A stretch of DNA of 64,000 nucleotides from Dehalococcoidia bacterium (GCA_009692805.1 SHYM01000001.1:2831-66830); one strand, 5' to 3'; shown: positions 19,896-29,114, counted from the first letter of the stretch. Made by a program: numbers and translations. Notes: generated by a model from the sequence alone, not told the origin.

Positions 19896-20768
19896 ATGCC
19901 GCGACTGACCATTCGCGAAGTCCAGGCCATGAAGGAGCGGGGCGAAAAGATCCCCATGCTCACAGCCTACGATTACCCTGTCGCCCGCATGGTGGATGAG
20001 GCGGGAATCCCTCTGGTACTGGTGGGCGATAGCCTGGGCCAGGTGGTGCTGGGCTACGACAGCACCATCCCCGTGACCATGGAGGACATGCTTCACCACA
20101 TCAAAGCGGTGGTGCGAGGCAGCCAGCGGGCGCTGGTGATAGGGGACCTCCCCTTCATGAGCTACCACGCCTCGGCGGAGGACGCCCTGCGCAACTCCGG
20201 GCGCTTCTTGCAAGAAGGCGGCTGTCAGGCGGTGAAGCTGGAGGGTGGCACCTCCGTGGCGCCCACGGTGAAGCGGCTGGTGGAGTGCGGCATCCCCGTC
20301 ATGGGGCACATCGGCCTCACCCCCCAATCGGTCAACCAGCTCGGCGGCTATCGCGTCCAGGGCAAGACACCGGAGGCGGCAGCGCGCCTCCTGGAGGATG
20401 CCCTGGCCCTGGAAGCCGCGGGCGCATTTTGCATAGTCCTGGAGTGCGTGCCGACGCCCCTGGCCGCCCTCATCACCGGGCGTCTCGCCGCGCCCACCAT
20501 CGGCATCGGCGCCGGGGCCGGCTGCGATGGCCAGGTCCAGGTGATCTCCGACATGCTGGGGCTGTTCACCGACTTCGTACCCAAGCACGCCAAGCAGTAC
20601 GCCGTCCTGGCCGACACTATCAAGAGCGCCCTGGCGGCCTATGCGGCCGAGGTGCGCGGCGGCCAGTTCCCCAGCGCCAAGCAGAGCTACACCATGGACG
20701 AGAGCCTGCTGACATCCCTTTACGGACCCAGCCCCCGCATAAAGCTGGTGGGCGAGTCCCAAGGCTAG
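19896..20768 (+). CDS. panB: 3-methyl-2-oxobutanoate hydroxymethyltransferase
   Basis: MLTAYD, LVGDSLG, DLPFMSY, VKLEGG, GHIGLTPQ, GIGAG..CDGQV. Confidence 0.97.
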   Translation: MPRLTIREVQAMKERGEKIPMLTAYDYPVARMVDEAGIPLVLVGDSLGQVVLGYDSTIPVTMEDMLHHIKAVVRGSQRALVIGDLPFMSYHASAEDALRNSGRFLQEGGCQAVKLEGGTSVAPTVKRLVECGIPVMGHIGLTPQSVNQLGGYRVQGKTPEAAARLLEDALALEAAGAFCIVLECVPTPLAALITGRLAAPTIGIGAGAGCDGQVQVISDMLGLFTDFVPKHAKQYAVLADTIKSALAAYAAEVRGGQFPSAKQSYTMDESLLTSLYGPSPRIKLVGESQG

Positions 20769-20776
20769 GCTCAAGC

Positions 20777-21613
20777 GTGCGCCGCGCTGACACCATCGCC
20801 AAGCTGCGGCGGGCGCGCGCCCGCATGACGGGCAGCGTGGGACTGGTCCCCACCATGGGCTACCTCCACGCAGGGCACTTGGCCTTGGTCGCTCGCGCGC
20901 GGGCCGAGAACGTTCACGTGGCGGCCAGCATCTTCGTCAATCCGGCCCAGTTCGGCCCCACCGAGGACTATGCCCACTACCCCCGCGACCTGCCCCGAGA
21001 CTTGCGGCTCCTCCGAGGGGCGGGCGTCGACCTGCTCTTTACCCCCGCTGCCGCGGACCTCTACCCCCCTGGCTTCACCACCTGGGTGAACGTGGAGGGG
21101 CTGGATAGCCAGCTAGAGGGGAAGAGCCGCCCGGGGCACTTCCGGGGCGTGGCCACCGTGGTGCTGAAGCTGTTCAACCTGGTGCAGCCCACCCGGGCCT
21201 ACTTCGGGCAGAAGGACGGGCAGCAGGTGGCGGTCCTGAAGCGGATGGCGCAGGACCTGGACTGTCCTGTGAAGCTGGTGCTCGTCCCCACCGTCCGTGA
21301 GGCCGATGGCCTGGCCCTCAGCAGCCGCAACGTCTTTCTGACGCCTCCGCAGCGGGCTGGCGCCGCCGTCCTCTACCGCGCCCTCCAGGAGGCGCGCCGA
21401 CTCTACGCCGCCGGGGAGCGTAGCGGTGAGCGTCTCCGTCAAGCGATGCGCGCCGTGGTCCAGGAGGAGCCCCTGGGCGCCCTGGACTACGCCAGCGTCG
21501 CCGACCTGGCCACCCTACAGGAGCAAGAGACGGTCAGGGGGCCCGTCATGGCCAGTCTGGCCGTGCGGTTCGGGAAGACCCGCCTCATCGACAACATCCT
21601 ACTGGGCGCCTAA
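20777..21613 (+). CDS. panC: Pantoate-beta-alanine ligase
   Basis: VPTMGYLHAGH, SIFVNPAQF, RPGHFRGV, FGQKD, LALSSRN, RLIDN. GTG start inferred. Confidence 0.96.
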   Translation: MRRADTIAKLRRARARMTGSVGLVPTMGYLHAGHLALVARARAENVHVAASIFVNPAQFGPTEDYAHYPRDLPRDLRLLRGAGVDLLFTPAAADLYPPGFTTWVNVEGLDSQLEGKSRPGHFRGVATVVLKLFNLVQPTRAYFGQKDGQQVAVLKRMAQDLDCPVKLVLVPTVREADGLALSSRNVFLTPPQRAGAAVLYRALQEARRLYAAGERSGERLRQAMRAVVQEEPLGALDYASVADLATLQEQETVRGPVMASLAVRFGKTRLIDNILLGA

Positions 21614-21642
21614 AGCCGCACCCCTGCAAGCTCTACATGCAC

Positions 21643-21670
21643 TTGCACACCACATCCGAGGTGTTACAAT
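21643..21670 (+). promoter_or_regulatory. Toxin-antitoxin promoter with overlapping palindrome
   Basis: TTGCAC-16 nt-TACAAT with extended TG, overlapped by ACACC-N8-GGTGT. Confidence 0.5.
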
Positions 21671-21718
21671 GCTGGCAGATAGTGTGTTACCAACTATGTG
21701 CCTAAAGGTATGCACACG

Positions 21719-21997
21719 ATGGCGCGGAGAAAACCTGCAGTAGCACCAGCAACCATACGGCGCAGCGTGGCGCTGCCGCGAAAGCTGGCCGAAGAAGTGA
21801 AGGAACTAGCGCCGCCGGAGTTGCACTACAGTTTCAACCGCCTCGTGGTCACGGCGCTCCACGAGTTCGTGGAGCGCCAGCGAGCACGGGCCTTCGCAGA
21901 GAGCGTGGCCAGGATGGCGAAAGACCCAGCGATCCAGGCCGAATGTGCGGCAATTGCGAGGGACTTCGCGGGCGCTGAGGCGGATGGCTTGAAGTAA
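21719..21997 (+). CDS. Putative antitoxin (ribbon-helix-helix type)
   Basis: RRSVALP..L...SFNRLVVTAL pattern and acidic tail AEADGL; directly upstream of the toxin. Confidence 0.75.
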   Translation: MARRKPAVAPATIRRSVALPRKLAEEVKELAPPELHYSFNRLVVTALHEFVERQRARAFAESVARMAKDPAIQAECAAIARDFAGAEADGLK

Positions 21998-21998
21998 C

Positions 21999-22340
21999 GT
22001 GGTCAACCGCGGCCAGATTTACTTCGTGAACCTAAGCCCAACGCGGGGGCGTGAGCAGGCCGGCCAGAGGCCCGTGCTCGTTATATCGGCAGACGCCATC
22101 AATCGACAGCCCCTGGTGGTCACGGTAGTGGTTGGCACAAAGGCGGAGAAGGTCACCCGCGATTACCCCGTCAACGTACGCGTACTCGCCAGGGAGAGCC
22201 ACCTCCCGTACGATACCGTGTTTCTCTGCTTTCAGATCCGCTCCCTGGACCCGACTCGCTTCGGGCATCTAGCCGGGGATCTCCCACCCGCCCGCATGGC
22301 CGAGATGGATCGGGCGCTCAGATTGGCGCTGGCCCTCTAG
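21999..22340 (+). CDS. mazF: PemK/MazF family endoribonuclease toxin
   Basis: RGQIYFVNLSPTRGREQAGQRPVLVIS...N, QIRSLD..RF. Confidence 0.92.
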   Translation: MVNRGQIYFVNLSPTRGREQAGQRPVLVISADAINRQPLVVTVVVGTKAEKVTRDYPVNVRVLARESHLPYDTVFLCFQIRSLDPTRFGHLAGDLPPARMAEMDRALRLALAL

Positions 22341-22407
22341 CCCGCGCCTGGCAGTCCGGCCCAGCCATGTCTCCGTGGCGCATCCCTGTGCTAGACTGGC
22401 TCTCGCC

Positions 22408-23247
22408 ATGCCACGCAAGCGCAGAATACCCAACCTGCTCCTCACCAACGACGACGGCATCTACTCCGAAGGGCTGTGGGCCCTAGCCCGCGCGCTCCAG
22501 GACCTGGGGCAGGTCACAATCGTGGCGCCGGACCGCGAGCAGAGCGCCACCTCTAGCGCCGTCACCCTGCATCACCCCTTGCGCGCCACCCAGGTCGTAT
22601 CCCAGGTGCCTGGCATCCAGACTTGGGCCGTGGAAGGGACCCCAGCCGACTGCGTGATCCTGGCCCTGGGCGCGCTGGCAGAGGGGCCGGTGGACCTGGT
22701 GGTGGCGGGCCTGAATAACGGCGGCAACATGGGGAACGATACCCTCCTGTCCGGCACGGTCGCCGGGGCGCTCCAGGGCCACTTTCGCCAGATCCCAGCC
22801 CTTGCCATCTCGATGACGGCGGTACGCCGGGTGCGCTACGAATCGGGCGCGGCCGTAGGGCGCGCCCTGGCCAAGCAGGTCCTGGCAGGCCGGCTGCCCA
22901 AGGACATCCTGCTGAACGTCAACGTGCCCAACCGCTCGCTGCGGGCGATCCAGGGGTTTCAGGTCACCAGACTGGCGACGCGCAACTACATTGACGTGCT
23001 GCGCCAGGGCCACGACAGCAGGCGGCGTTACTTCTGGATCCGGCGGGGGAAGCCGGATTGGGACGAGCTGGAGGGGACCGACATCTGGGCCATCCGCCAC
23101 AAGTTGGTCTCCGTTACCCCCCTCTCCGCCGACCTCTCCAATACCTCGCGCGCCTCCTTGGCGCAAGGAGTCTCCCTGGCCGCCGCCGCCGAGGTCTGGC
23201 CGCGGCGCGACCCCGCCAGGCTGGGGAGCCATCTGGTAGCGTCCTGA
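22408..23247 (+). CDS. surE: 5'/3'-nucleotidase SurE
   Basis: LLTNDDG, VAPDREQSA, GTPADCV, SGTVAGA, NVNVP. Confidence 0.95.
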   Translation: MPRKRRIPNLLLTNDDGIYSEGLWALARALQDLGQVTIVAPDREQSATSSAVTLHHPLRATQVVSQVPGIQTWAVEGTPADCVILALGALAEGPVDLVVAGLNNGGNMGNDTLLSGTVAGALQGHFRQIPALAISMTAVRRVRYESGAAVGRALAKQVLAGRLPKDILLNVNVPNRSLRAIQGFQVTRLATRNYIDVLRQGHDSRRRYFWIRRGKPDWDELEGTDIWAIRHKLVSVTPLSADLSNTSRASLAQGVSLAAAAEVWPRRDPARLGSHLVAS

Positions 23248-23603
23248 GCCAGGCCCGCGCGCGGCGGGCCCCATTTATGGCTCAAGACATTCAGGAGTGA
23301 GGCTCGGCAGGTCCTATCGGCAGACTTTTCCAAAGACTGCTCGCCCCGGGCGCCTCCGCGCTGACTACGCACGGAAATTTGGGCTACAATCAGGGCCAAC
23401 CGCTGATGTTCTTCATGCACGGCACCGGATTTACCTGACGAGCCGCAACGCCACTCCGGGACTGAGTGGGCGGCGGGTTTCCGTTTGCTTCTTTCTCCCC
23501 CCTGGACTTCCCTGCAAACTACCTCTGTGGCTGCTGTCCCTGCTCGGACCGGTGTGGGTAGGCCGATTCATGTCGATGTCGGTTTGCCTTCGAGGGAGCA
23601 GCA

Positions 23604-24053
23604 ATGGAAGAAACCAGGTGGACCCTTCGGGTGCGTGCGGGCAGCAAAGGCCCCAGCACCATCTATGTGCGCCGCCGCCAGTTCCAGGCCGGTGAGCCTC
23701 TCCATTTCGACCCTGAATACGCCCACGCCACCGCTGTCGAATACCTCCTGGCCGCTATCGGCGCCGACTTGGTAGGCGGCCTCCAGGTAATCGCCCGAAG
23801 GCAGAGCCTCCAGATGAACCAAGTTGAGGCCGTGGTATCCGGCAAGCTGAACAATCCCCTGACCTACCTGGGTGTCGTAGGCGAAGAGGGACACCCGGGC
23901 TTGGAGCAGGTGGCCGTAACGGTGTACGTCAGCTCTGCGGAGTCAGAGGCCAGGATACGACAGGCTTGGGATGAGATGCTGAAAAGGTCGCCGCTGGTAA
24001 ACACTCTGAAACCCACCGTCCGGCTGGACCTGACAGTGAAGCTGGTTATCTAA
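23604..24053 (+). CDS. OsmC-fold protein lacking both catalytic cysteines
   Basis: VEYLLAAIGAD and KRSPLVNTL align by eye with the OsmC/Ohr Cys motifs, with C replaced by D and by S. No Cys in the protein. SD GAGGGAG. Confidence 0.7.
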   Translation: MEETRWTLRVRAGSKGPSTIYVRRRQFQAGEPLHFDPEYAHATAVEYLLAAIGADLVGGLQVIARRQSLQMNQVEAVVSGKLNNPLTYLGVVGEEGHPGLEQVAVTVYVSSAESEARIRQAWDEMLKRSPLVNTLKPTVRLDLTVKLVI

Positions 24054-24076
24054 CACAACGGGAAGGAGTACACAGC

Positions 24077-25228
24077 GTGTACCGCCTCAATGCTCAGCAG
24101 CAGGCAATTGTCGGCAGAGTCCGTGAGATTGCAGAGAGGGTGATTGGCCCTAACGCCGAACGGGCGGACGTAGAGTCCCGATATCCACAGGAATCCATGG
24201 ACGCCCTGGCCCGGGGAGGTTTCCTGGGCCTCCTGGTTTCCCGGGAGTACGGCGGCATGGGCCAGGGTATTCGGGTCATGGCCGCGGCGCTGGACGAGAT
24301 CGCCCAGCGATGTGCGTCCACGGCCATGTGCTATAAGATGCACCTCTCTGGCGTGGCGGCCTATGTCGCGTCCGCGAACCCCATGCCAGACCTGCTCCGC
24401 GCTGTAGCTCGCGGCGAGCACGTGAGCACCCTGGCCTGGAGTGAGTTCGCCTCTCGTTCCCACTTCTGGGTGCCCGTCAGCCAGGAGGTGCGCCGGAACG
24501 GGAACGTGGTGCTCAGCGCCTCCAAGTCTTTCGTGACCGGTGCAGGCCGGGCCGACGGCTACGTGGTCACCACCCGCTGGGAGAATGCTCAAAAGCCCCT
24601 GGATAGCATGCTCTACTACGTAAGCAAGGACGACCCTGGTATCCGCGTGGCGGGTCCCTGGGACGCGCTGGGCATGCGGGGTAGCATCAGCAGTCCCATG
24701 GTATTGGAGAACGTAACTATTCCTGCCGACCGCGCCTTGTCAGGGGAGGGCAAGGGGCTGGACATGCAGCTCAACGTGGTCCTGCCCGTCTTCAACATCG
24801 GCAACGCCGCCATCTCCATCGGCATCTGCGAGGCCGCCATTCAGACCACCACGCGACACCTTACGACAAACAGGTTCCAGTACACGGACTCCTCCCTGGC
24901 AGACCTGCCCAACGAGCGGGCACGCCTGGCCCAGATGCGCATCGAGACAGACAAGGCACGCGCCCACCTGGCGGCGGTCCTGGACGCGGTGGAGAGCCCC
25001 GGTCCAACGACCATGTTAATGGTGCTGGAGTCCAAGGCAGCCGCCGCCGAGACGGCTATTCACGTGACGGACATCGCGCTGAAAGCGGCGGGGGGCACGG
25101 GCTTCACGCGCCGCCTGGGCCTGGAGCGCAACTTCCGCGACGCCCGCGCCGCCTATGTCATGGGTCCCACCAGCGACGCCATTCATGAGTTCATCGGCCG
25201 CGCTCTCTGCGGGATGGAGGTGTTCTGA
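24077..25228 (+). CDS. Acyl-CoA dehydrogenase-fold flavoprotein (probably not a canonical dehydrogenase)
   Basis: EYGGMG, LAWSE, KSFVTG, LGMRGS, ERNFRDARA; no Glu at either usual catalytic position. Confidence 0.85.
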   Translation: MYRLNAQQQAIVGRVREIAERVIGPNAERADVESRYPQESMDALARGGFLGLLVSREYGGMGQGIRVMAAALDEIAQRCASTAMCYKMHLSGVAAYVASANPMPDLLRAVARGEHVSTLAWSEFASRSHFWVPVSQEVRRNGNVVLSASKSFVTGAGRADGYVVTTRWENAQKPLDSMLYYVSKDDPGIRVAGPWDALGMRGSISSPMVLENVTIPADRALSGEGKGLDMQLNVVLPVFNIGNAAISIGICEAAIQTTTRHLTTNRFQYTDSSLADLPNERARLAQMRIETDKARAHLAAVLDAVESPGPTTMLMVLESKAAAAETAIHVTDIALKAAGGTGFTRRLGLERNFRDARAAYVMGPTSDAIHEFIGRALCGMEVF

Positions 25229-26046
25229 TGCCCAGACCGCTGGTGGTAGGCGCCGTTCTTTACGACCCCAAGGTCGCCACTATCTGGGACATCATGGGCG
25301 AGTTCTTCGCCCAGCAGGGGTGTCCTATCAACGTGGTCTTCTACTCCAACTACGGCCTCCAGGTCGAGGCGCTGCTCAACAAGCACATAGACATCGCCTG
25401 GAACTCTCCCCTGGCCTGGCTGGACGCCCAGCACCGCTCCGGAGGCCAGTGCCGGGCCATCGCCATGCGCGACACTGACAGGAACAGGGTCTCCCACCTC
25501 GTCGTGAAGCAAGCCAGCGATATCGTGACCCTTGAGCACCTCCGTGGCAAGACGCTGGCCGTCGGCGCCAAGGACTCTCCCCAGGCTACTCTCATCCCCC
25601 TGGGCTTTCTGCAACGTCATGGCCTGCGGCCTGAGATCGACCTCCAGGTCAGGAGGTTTGACCTACTGGTGGGCAAGCACGGCGACCACGTGGGGGGCGA
25701 GTTGGAGGCCTTTCGGTGCCTGGAGCGCGGCGAGGCTGACGCCTCTGCGATGCTGGACCTGAACTGGGACCGGTGGGCCGGCGATGGCACCATCAGCCCC
25801 GCGGAGTATCGCATCTTGGCCAGCACGGGAAGCTTCGACCACTGCGTCTTCACCGTCCGGGAGGACTTCCCCCGCGACCTTGAAGAGGAGTGGCTCAAGG
25901 CGCTTTTCTCCATGAGGTACGACGACCCCAGACACCGGGAGATGATGGATATGGAAGGCCTCAAGCAGTGGCTACCGGGCCGCACCACGGGCTTCGGGCC
26001 GCTGGGCTACGCTGTGGAGCAACTGGGGTTCTTCCAGGGAAGGTGA
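25228..26046 (+). CDS. PhnD/SsuA-type periplasmic-binding-fold protein with no signal peptide
   Basis: IDIAWNSPLAW, LRGKTLAVGAKDSPQATLIP; no hydrophobic leader or lipobox; coupled to the upstream gene by TGATG. Confidence 0.75.
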   Translation: MPRPLVVGAVLYDPKVATIWDIMGEFFAQQGCPINVVFYSNYGLQVEALLNKHIDIAWNSPLAWLDAQHRSGGQCRAIAMRDTDRNRVSHLVVKQASDIVTLEHLRGKTLAVGAKDSPQATLIPLGFLQRHGLRPEIDLQVRRFDLLVGKHGDHVGGELEAFRCLERGEADASAMLDLNWDRWAGDGTISPAEYRILASTGSFDHCVFTVREDFPRDLEEEWLKALFSMRYDDPRHREMMDMEGLKQWLPGRTTGFGPLGYAVEQLGFFQGR

Positions 26047-26049
26047 ACT

Positions 26050-27192
26050 ATGGGGGTGCTGCCGCTGTTTCCTGTAACAACGGTGGGGAGCTGGCCCAGG
26101 CCCCCTGAGCTCCTGCGCGCCCAGCGGATGAAGCGGTTGGATCAGATGGGCGAGGAGGAGTTCACTCAGATGGCCGACCTGGCCGTGCTGGAGGTGCTGC
26201 GCCTTCAGGAAGAGGCCGGGGTGGACGTAGTTACGGATGGAGAGCAGCGCCGTGACAACTTCTATTCCTTCGTCGCCGAGAAGCTAGACGGTGTCGTCCT
26301 GATGACCCTGGCCGAGATGTTGAACATTGTCGAGGACAAGGCTGGCTTCGAGCGAATCCTACAGACACTGGACGTGCCGGCCTATGCCATCAGCAATGCT
26401 GTTTGTCGCGACAGGATCCAACGGCGCCGCCCTGTGGCCGTTGACGACTTCCTGTTCCTCAAGCGTCACACCGATAAACCCGTCAAAGTGACCCTCCCCG
26501 GGCCATACCTGCTCACCCGGTCCATGTACGTCCCAGCGGTGACCAAGGAAGCCTACCCAACCAAAGAGGACCTCGGCGAAGACGTGGTCCGGGTGCTACG
26601 GGCAGAGCTGAACGACTTGGTGAAGGCCGGAGCCGACTTCATTCAGTTCGATGAGCCAGTACTGACCGAGGTGGTCTTTGCCCAGGGCCATCCTCGAACC
26701 TTCATGTGCGCCGCGCTGGCAGCCCGTGGGGACCCGACGGAAGAGCTCGACTTCGCCGCATATCTGCTGAACAAGGTTATCCAGGGGACCGACAGCGTCC
26801 GTATAGGGCTGCATATCTGCCGTGGCAACTGGAGCGAAAATGAAGCGACTTTATTGCGCGGCAGCTATCACCCCTTGCTCAAGTACCTAGAGCGGCTGCA
26901 TGTGCGACAACTGGTGCTGGAATACGCCACCGAGCGGGCAGGCGACCTTCTTGTCTTCGGTGACATGGAGTTGGGGCTCGGTGTCGTGAACCCACGGTCC
27001 CAGACTATTGAATCGCCCGAGCAGGTCAAACGATCCATCGAGCTGGCATTGCGACTCTATCCGGCTGACAAGCTCTGGCTGAACCCGGATTGTGGTTTCG
27101 GGACGTTTTCCAACCGTCCTGTCAACACCCCAGAAGTCGCGTTTCGTAAGCTCAAAGCTATAGCGCAGGCTGCGGCCACTTACCGGGGTTAG
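26050..27192 (+). CDS. Cobalamin-independent methionine synthase II family (single-barrel MetE-like) Zn enzyme
   Basis: TTVGSWPRP, TDGEQRR, IQFDEP; Zn ligands in HICRGN, LEYA and NPDCGF. Confidence 0.92.
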   Translation: MGVLPLFPVTTVGSWPRPPELLRAQRMKRLDQMGEEEFTQMADLAVLEVLRLQEEAGVDVVTDGEQRRDNFYSFVAEKLDGVVLMTLAEMLNIVEDKAGFERILQTLDVPAYAISNAVCRDRIQRRRPVAVDDFLFLKRHTDKPVKVTLPGPYLLTRSMYVPAVTKEAYPTKEDLGEDVVRVLRAELNDLVKAGADFIQFDEPVLTEVVFAQGHPRTFMCAALAARGDPTEELDFAAYLLNKVIQGTDSVRIGLHICRGNWSENEATLLRGSYHPLLKYLERLHVRQLVLEYATERAGDLLVFGDMELGLGVVNPRSQTIESPEQVKRSIELALRLYPADKLWLNPDCGFGTFSNRPVNTPEVAFRKLKAIAQAAATYRG

Positions 27193-27207
27193 AGCTGCAA
27201 ATACCCG

Positions 27208-27471
27208 TTACTCTATAGCGTCGCGGGCGGCCCTAATCTCTGTCAACCGCTGCCAGAGTCTGCTCCACACCGCCTGGCGCTCGGCTTTGGTGAGCTCGCG
27301 GCCAAGGTGACGCCGGCAGGCTAGTACCGCCTTGCCGGCCAGGTAGCCCCAGCTCTTGGGCGTGTCATTTAGCCACTTCTCGACCACGTCCGGGTTGGTC
27401 TCAATGGTCTCGGCGACCACGTGTTCCACACCGTCGTATGTGGAGTCTGCTCCAGCTTCGCGCAGGCGCAC
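27208..27471 (-). CDS. Hypothetical protein (weak resemblance to GatB/YqeY C-terminal helices)
   Basis: 87-aa ORF; TIETNPDVVEKWL...WGYLAGKAV. Confidence 0.55.
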   Translation of the reverse strand: MRLREAGADSTYDGVEHVVAETIETNPDVVEKWLNDTPKSWGYLAGKAVLACRRHLGRELTKAERQAVWSRLWQRLTEIRAARDAIE

Positions 27472-27486
27472 CGTCGGGCGCCTGGC

Positions 27487-28317
27487 CTACTTGATCTCGT
27501 AGACGAGATGCACCGAGACCCTCACTTGGAGCTCGCCCGGGCTGATGGGGGTACTGGCCTCGGCGGCGGCCAGGCCGACGCGGAACGAGACGGGCTGGGG
27601 CGGCTCGACGCCCCCGGCCTCGGAGAGGAACAGCACCTTGCCCAGGGTGATGCCGGCGTCCGTCGCCATCTGCCTGGCCTTGGCGAGGGCTTGCCTGACG
27701 GCCTCGCTGCGGGCTTGGTCCCGCTGGGGCGCTGGGTTCTCCAAGGTGAAGCTGATGCCTTTGACTCGGGCCAGCTCGCCCGCGGCGGCCGCGGCGTCGT
27801 CGATGATGGGGCCCGCGTCTTTCAGGTTGCGCAGCTTGATGGTGACCAGGTTCTGCGCCCGGTACCCCACCAGCACCTGCTGGCGCTGCCGGTCGTCGTA
27901 GCGGTATTCGGGCGCGATGCTGAACTGGCTGGTGCGGATGTCCCTGTCGGCCACCCCCCGCGCCTTCAGCGCCTGGAAGAGACGCTCCATCGCGCCGGCC
28001 GCCTCGCCGCGGGCCCTGGCCACCGTCGACTCCTGGGCCTCCACGCCCACCGTCAGGATGGCGATATCCGGCGTGACATCGACTATCCCCTCTCCTGTCA
28101 CCCAGAGGCCCTTCTGCTGGCCACCGTCCTGAGATGTGATGGCGGCGGACAGCATCGCAAGCTCGCCGCTGGCGACGCCAGCGCTACCACTCGCTGGAGA
28201 AGACGCCGCCGGAGCGCCTCCGTCGCAAGCCGCAAACAGCGTAGCCAGTAGGGCCAACGTAGCGCCCAGCGCTATCATCCTGGGTTTGCCCTGAAACATC
28301 TTATCTGCCTCGTCCAC
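27487..28317 (-). CDS. SIMPL (DUF541) domain lipoprotein
   Basis: Lipobox LFAAC, VTGEG.V...PDIA, DIRTSQFSI.PEY, PISPGE. Start uncertain. Confidence 0.88.
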   Translation of the reverse strand: MDEADKMFQGKPRMIALGATLALLATLFAACDGGAPAASSPASGSAGVASGELAMLSAAITSQDGGQQKGLWVTGEGIVDVTPDIAILTVGVEAQESTVARARGEAAGAMERLFQALKARGVADRDIRTSQFSIAPEYRYDDRQRQQVLVGYRAQNLVTIKLRNLKDAGPIIDDAAAAAGELARVKGISFTLENPAPQRDQARSEAVRQALAKARQMATDAGITLGKVLFLSEAGGVEPPQPVSFRVGLAAAEASTPISPGELQVRVSVHLVYEIK

Positions 28318-28488
28318 TGCTCTCTTGCCCTGGCGTTATTCAGGACGCCCGCTCTCGGTATGCTCTTGCAGCGAGGGTAACGCCGATTGGGGCGGCCCGT
28401 CAGGCGCTAAACCTGAGGATGCGTGGGCATCCCCATTCTAGCAGCGGTTTGTTCTCCTGCGTGGCGGGCCACTATAATACCTCCGACC

Positions 28489-29085
28489 ATGATCAAAACC
28501 GCGCTCCGCGAAACCCTGGAGGTCCTGTTTCTAGCGGCTCTGGTGTTCTTCGGCGCCAGGGCGCTCCTGGATAACTTCATTGTGACAGGCCCCAGCATGC
28601 AGCCCACTTTGCACACCGGTCAATGGGTGGCGATCAACAAGGTGGCCTACCTGCGCTCCTCCTGGATGGAGAGGTTAAACCCCTTGCGTCAGCCCGCAGC
28701 CGGCCACTACGTATTCCACCCGCCGCGGCGAGGAGAAATCGTGGTCCTGCAACCTCCCGTGGCCAGCACCAACCTCTTCATCAAACGGGTCATCGGCGAG
28801 CCAGGGGATAGCGTAGAGGTGCGCCGGGGGCAAGTCCTGGTCAACGGGAGTGCTCTGGTCGAGCCCTACCTGCGCGAGCCAGCCCGGCAGGACTACCCAC
28901 GGCAGGTGGTGCCCGGCGGGCACTTCTTCGTGCTGGGAGACAACCGCAACCAGAGCGAGGACTCGAGGTTCTTCGGGATGGTGCCCGCCGGGAACATCGT
29001 GGGCAAGGCCTGGGTTAAGTACTGGCCCCCCAGCGAGTGGGGCCTGGTGTATAACGTGGCGGTGGCCGCGGGCCCGGCCCCCTAG
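28489..29085 (+). CDS. lepB: Signal peptidase I
   Basis: TM anchor, GPSMQPTL (Ser), FIKRVIGEPGD (Lys), LGDNRNQSEDSR. Confidence 0.95.
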   Translation: MIKTALRETLEVLFLAALVFFGARALLDNFIVTGPSMQPTLHTGQWVAINKVAYLRSSWMERLNPLRQPAAGHYVFHPPRRGEIVVLQPPVASTNLFIKRVIGEPGDSVEVRRGQVLVNGSALVEPYLREPARQDYPRQVVPGGHFFVLGDNRNQSEDSRFFGMVPAGNIVGKAWVKYWPPSEWGLVYNVAVAAGPAP

Positions 29086-29114
29086 CAGACTGTTACAATA
29101 GCCATTGCCTCCAC

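Noticed and set aside
25228..26046. Calling this gene a phosphonate ABC transporter (phnD)
   Set aside because: No export signal and no phnC/phnE nearby; kept as a fold-level call.
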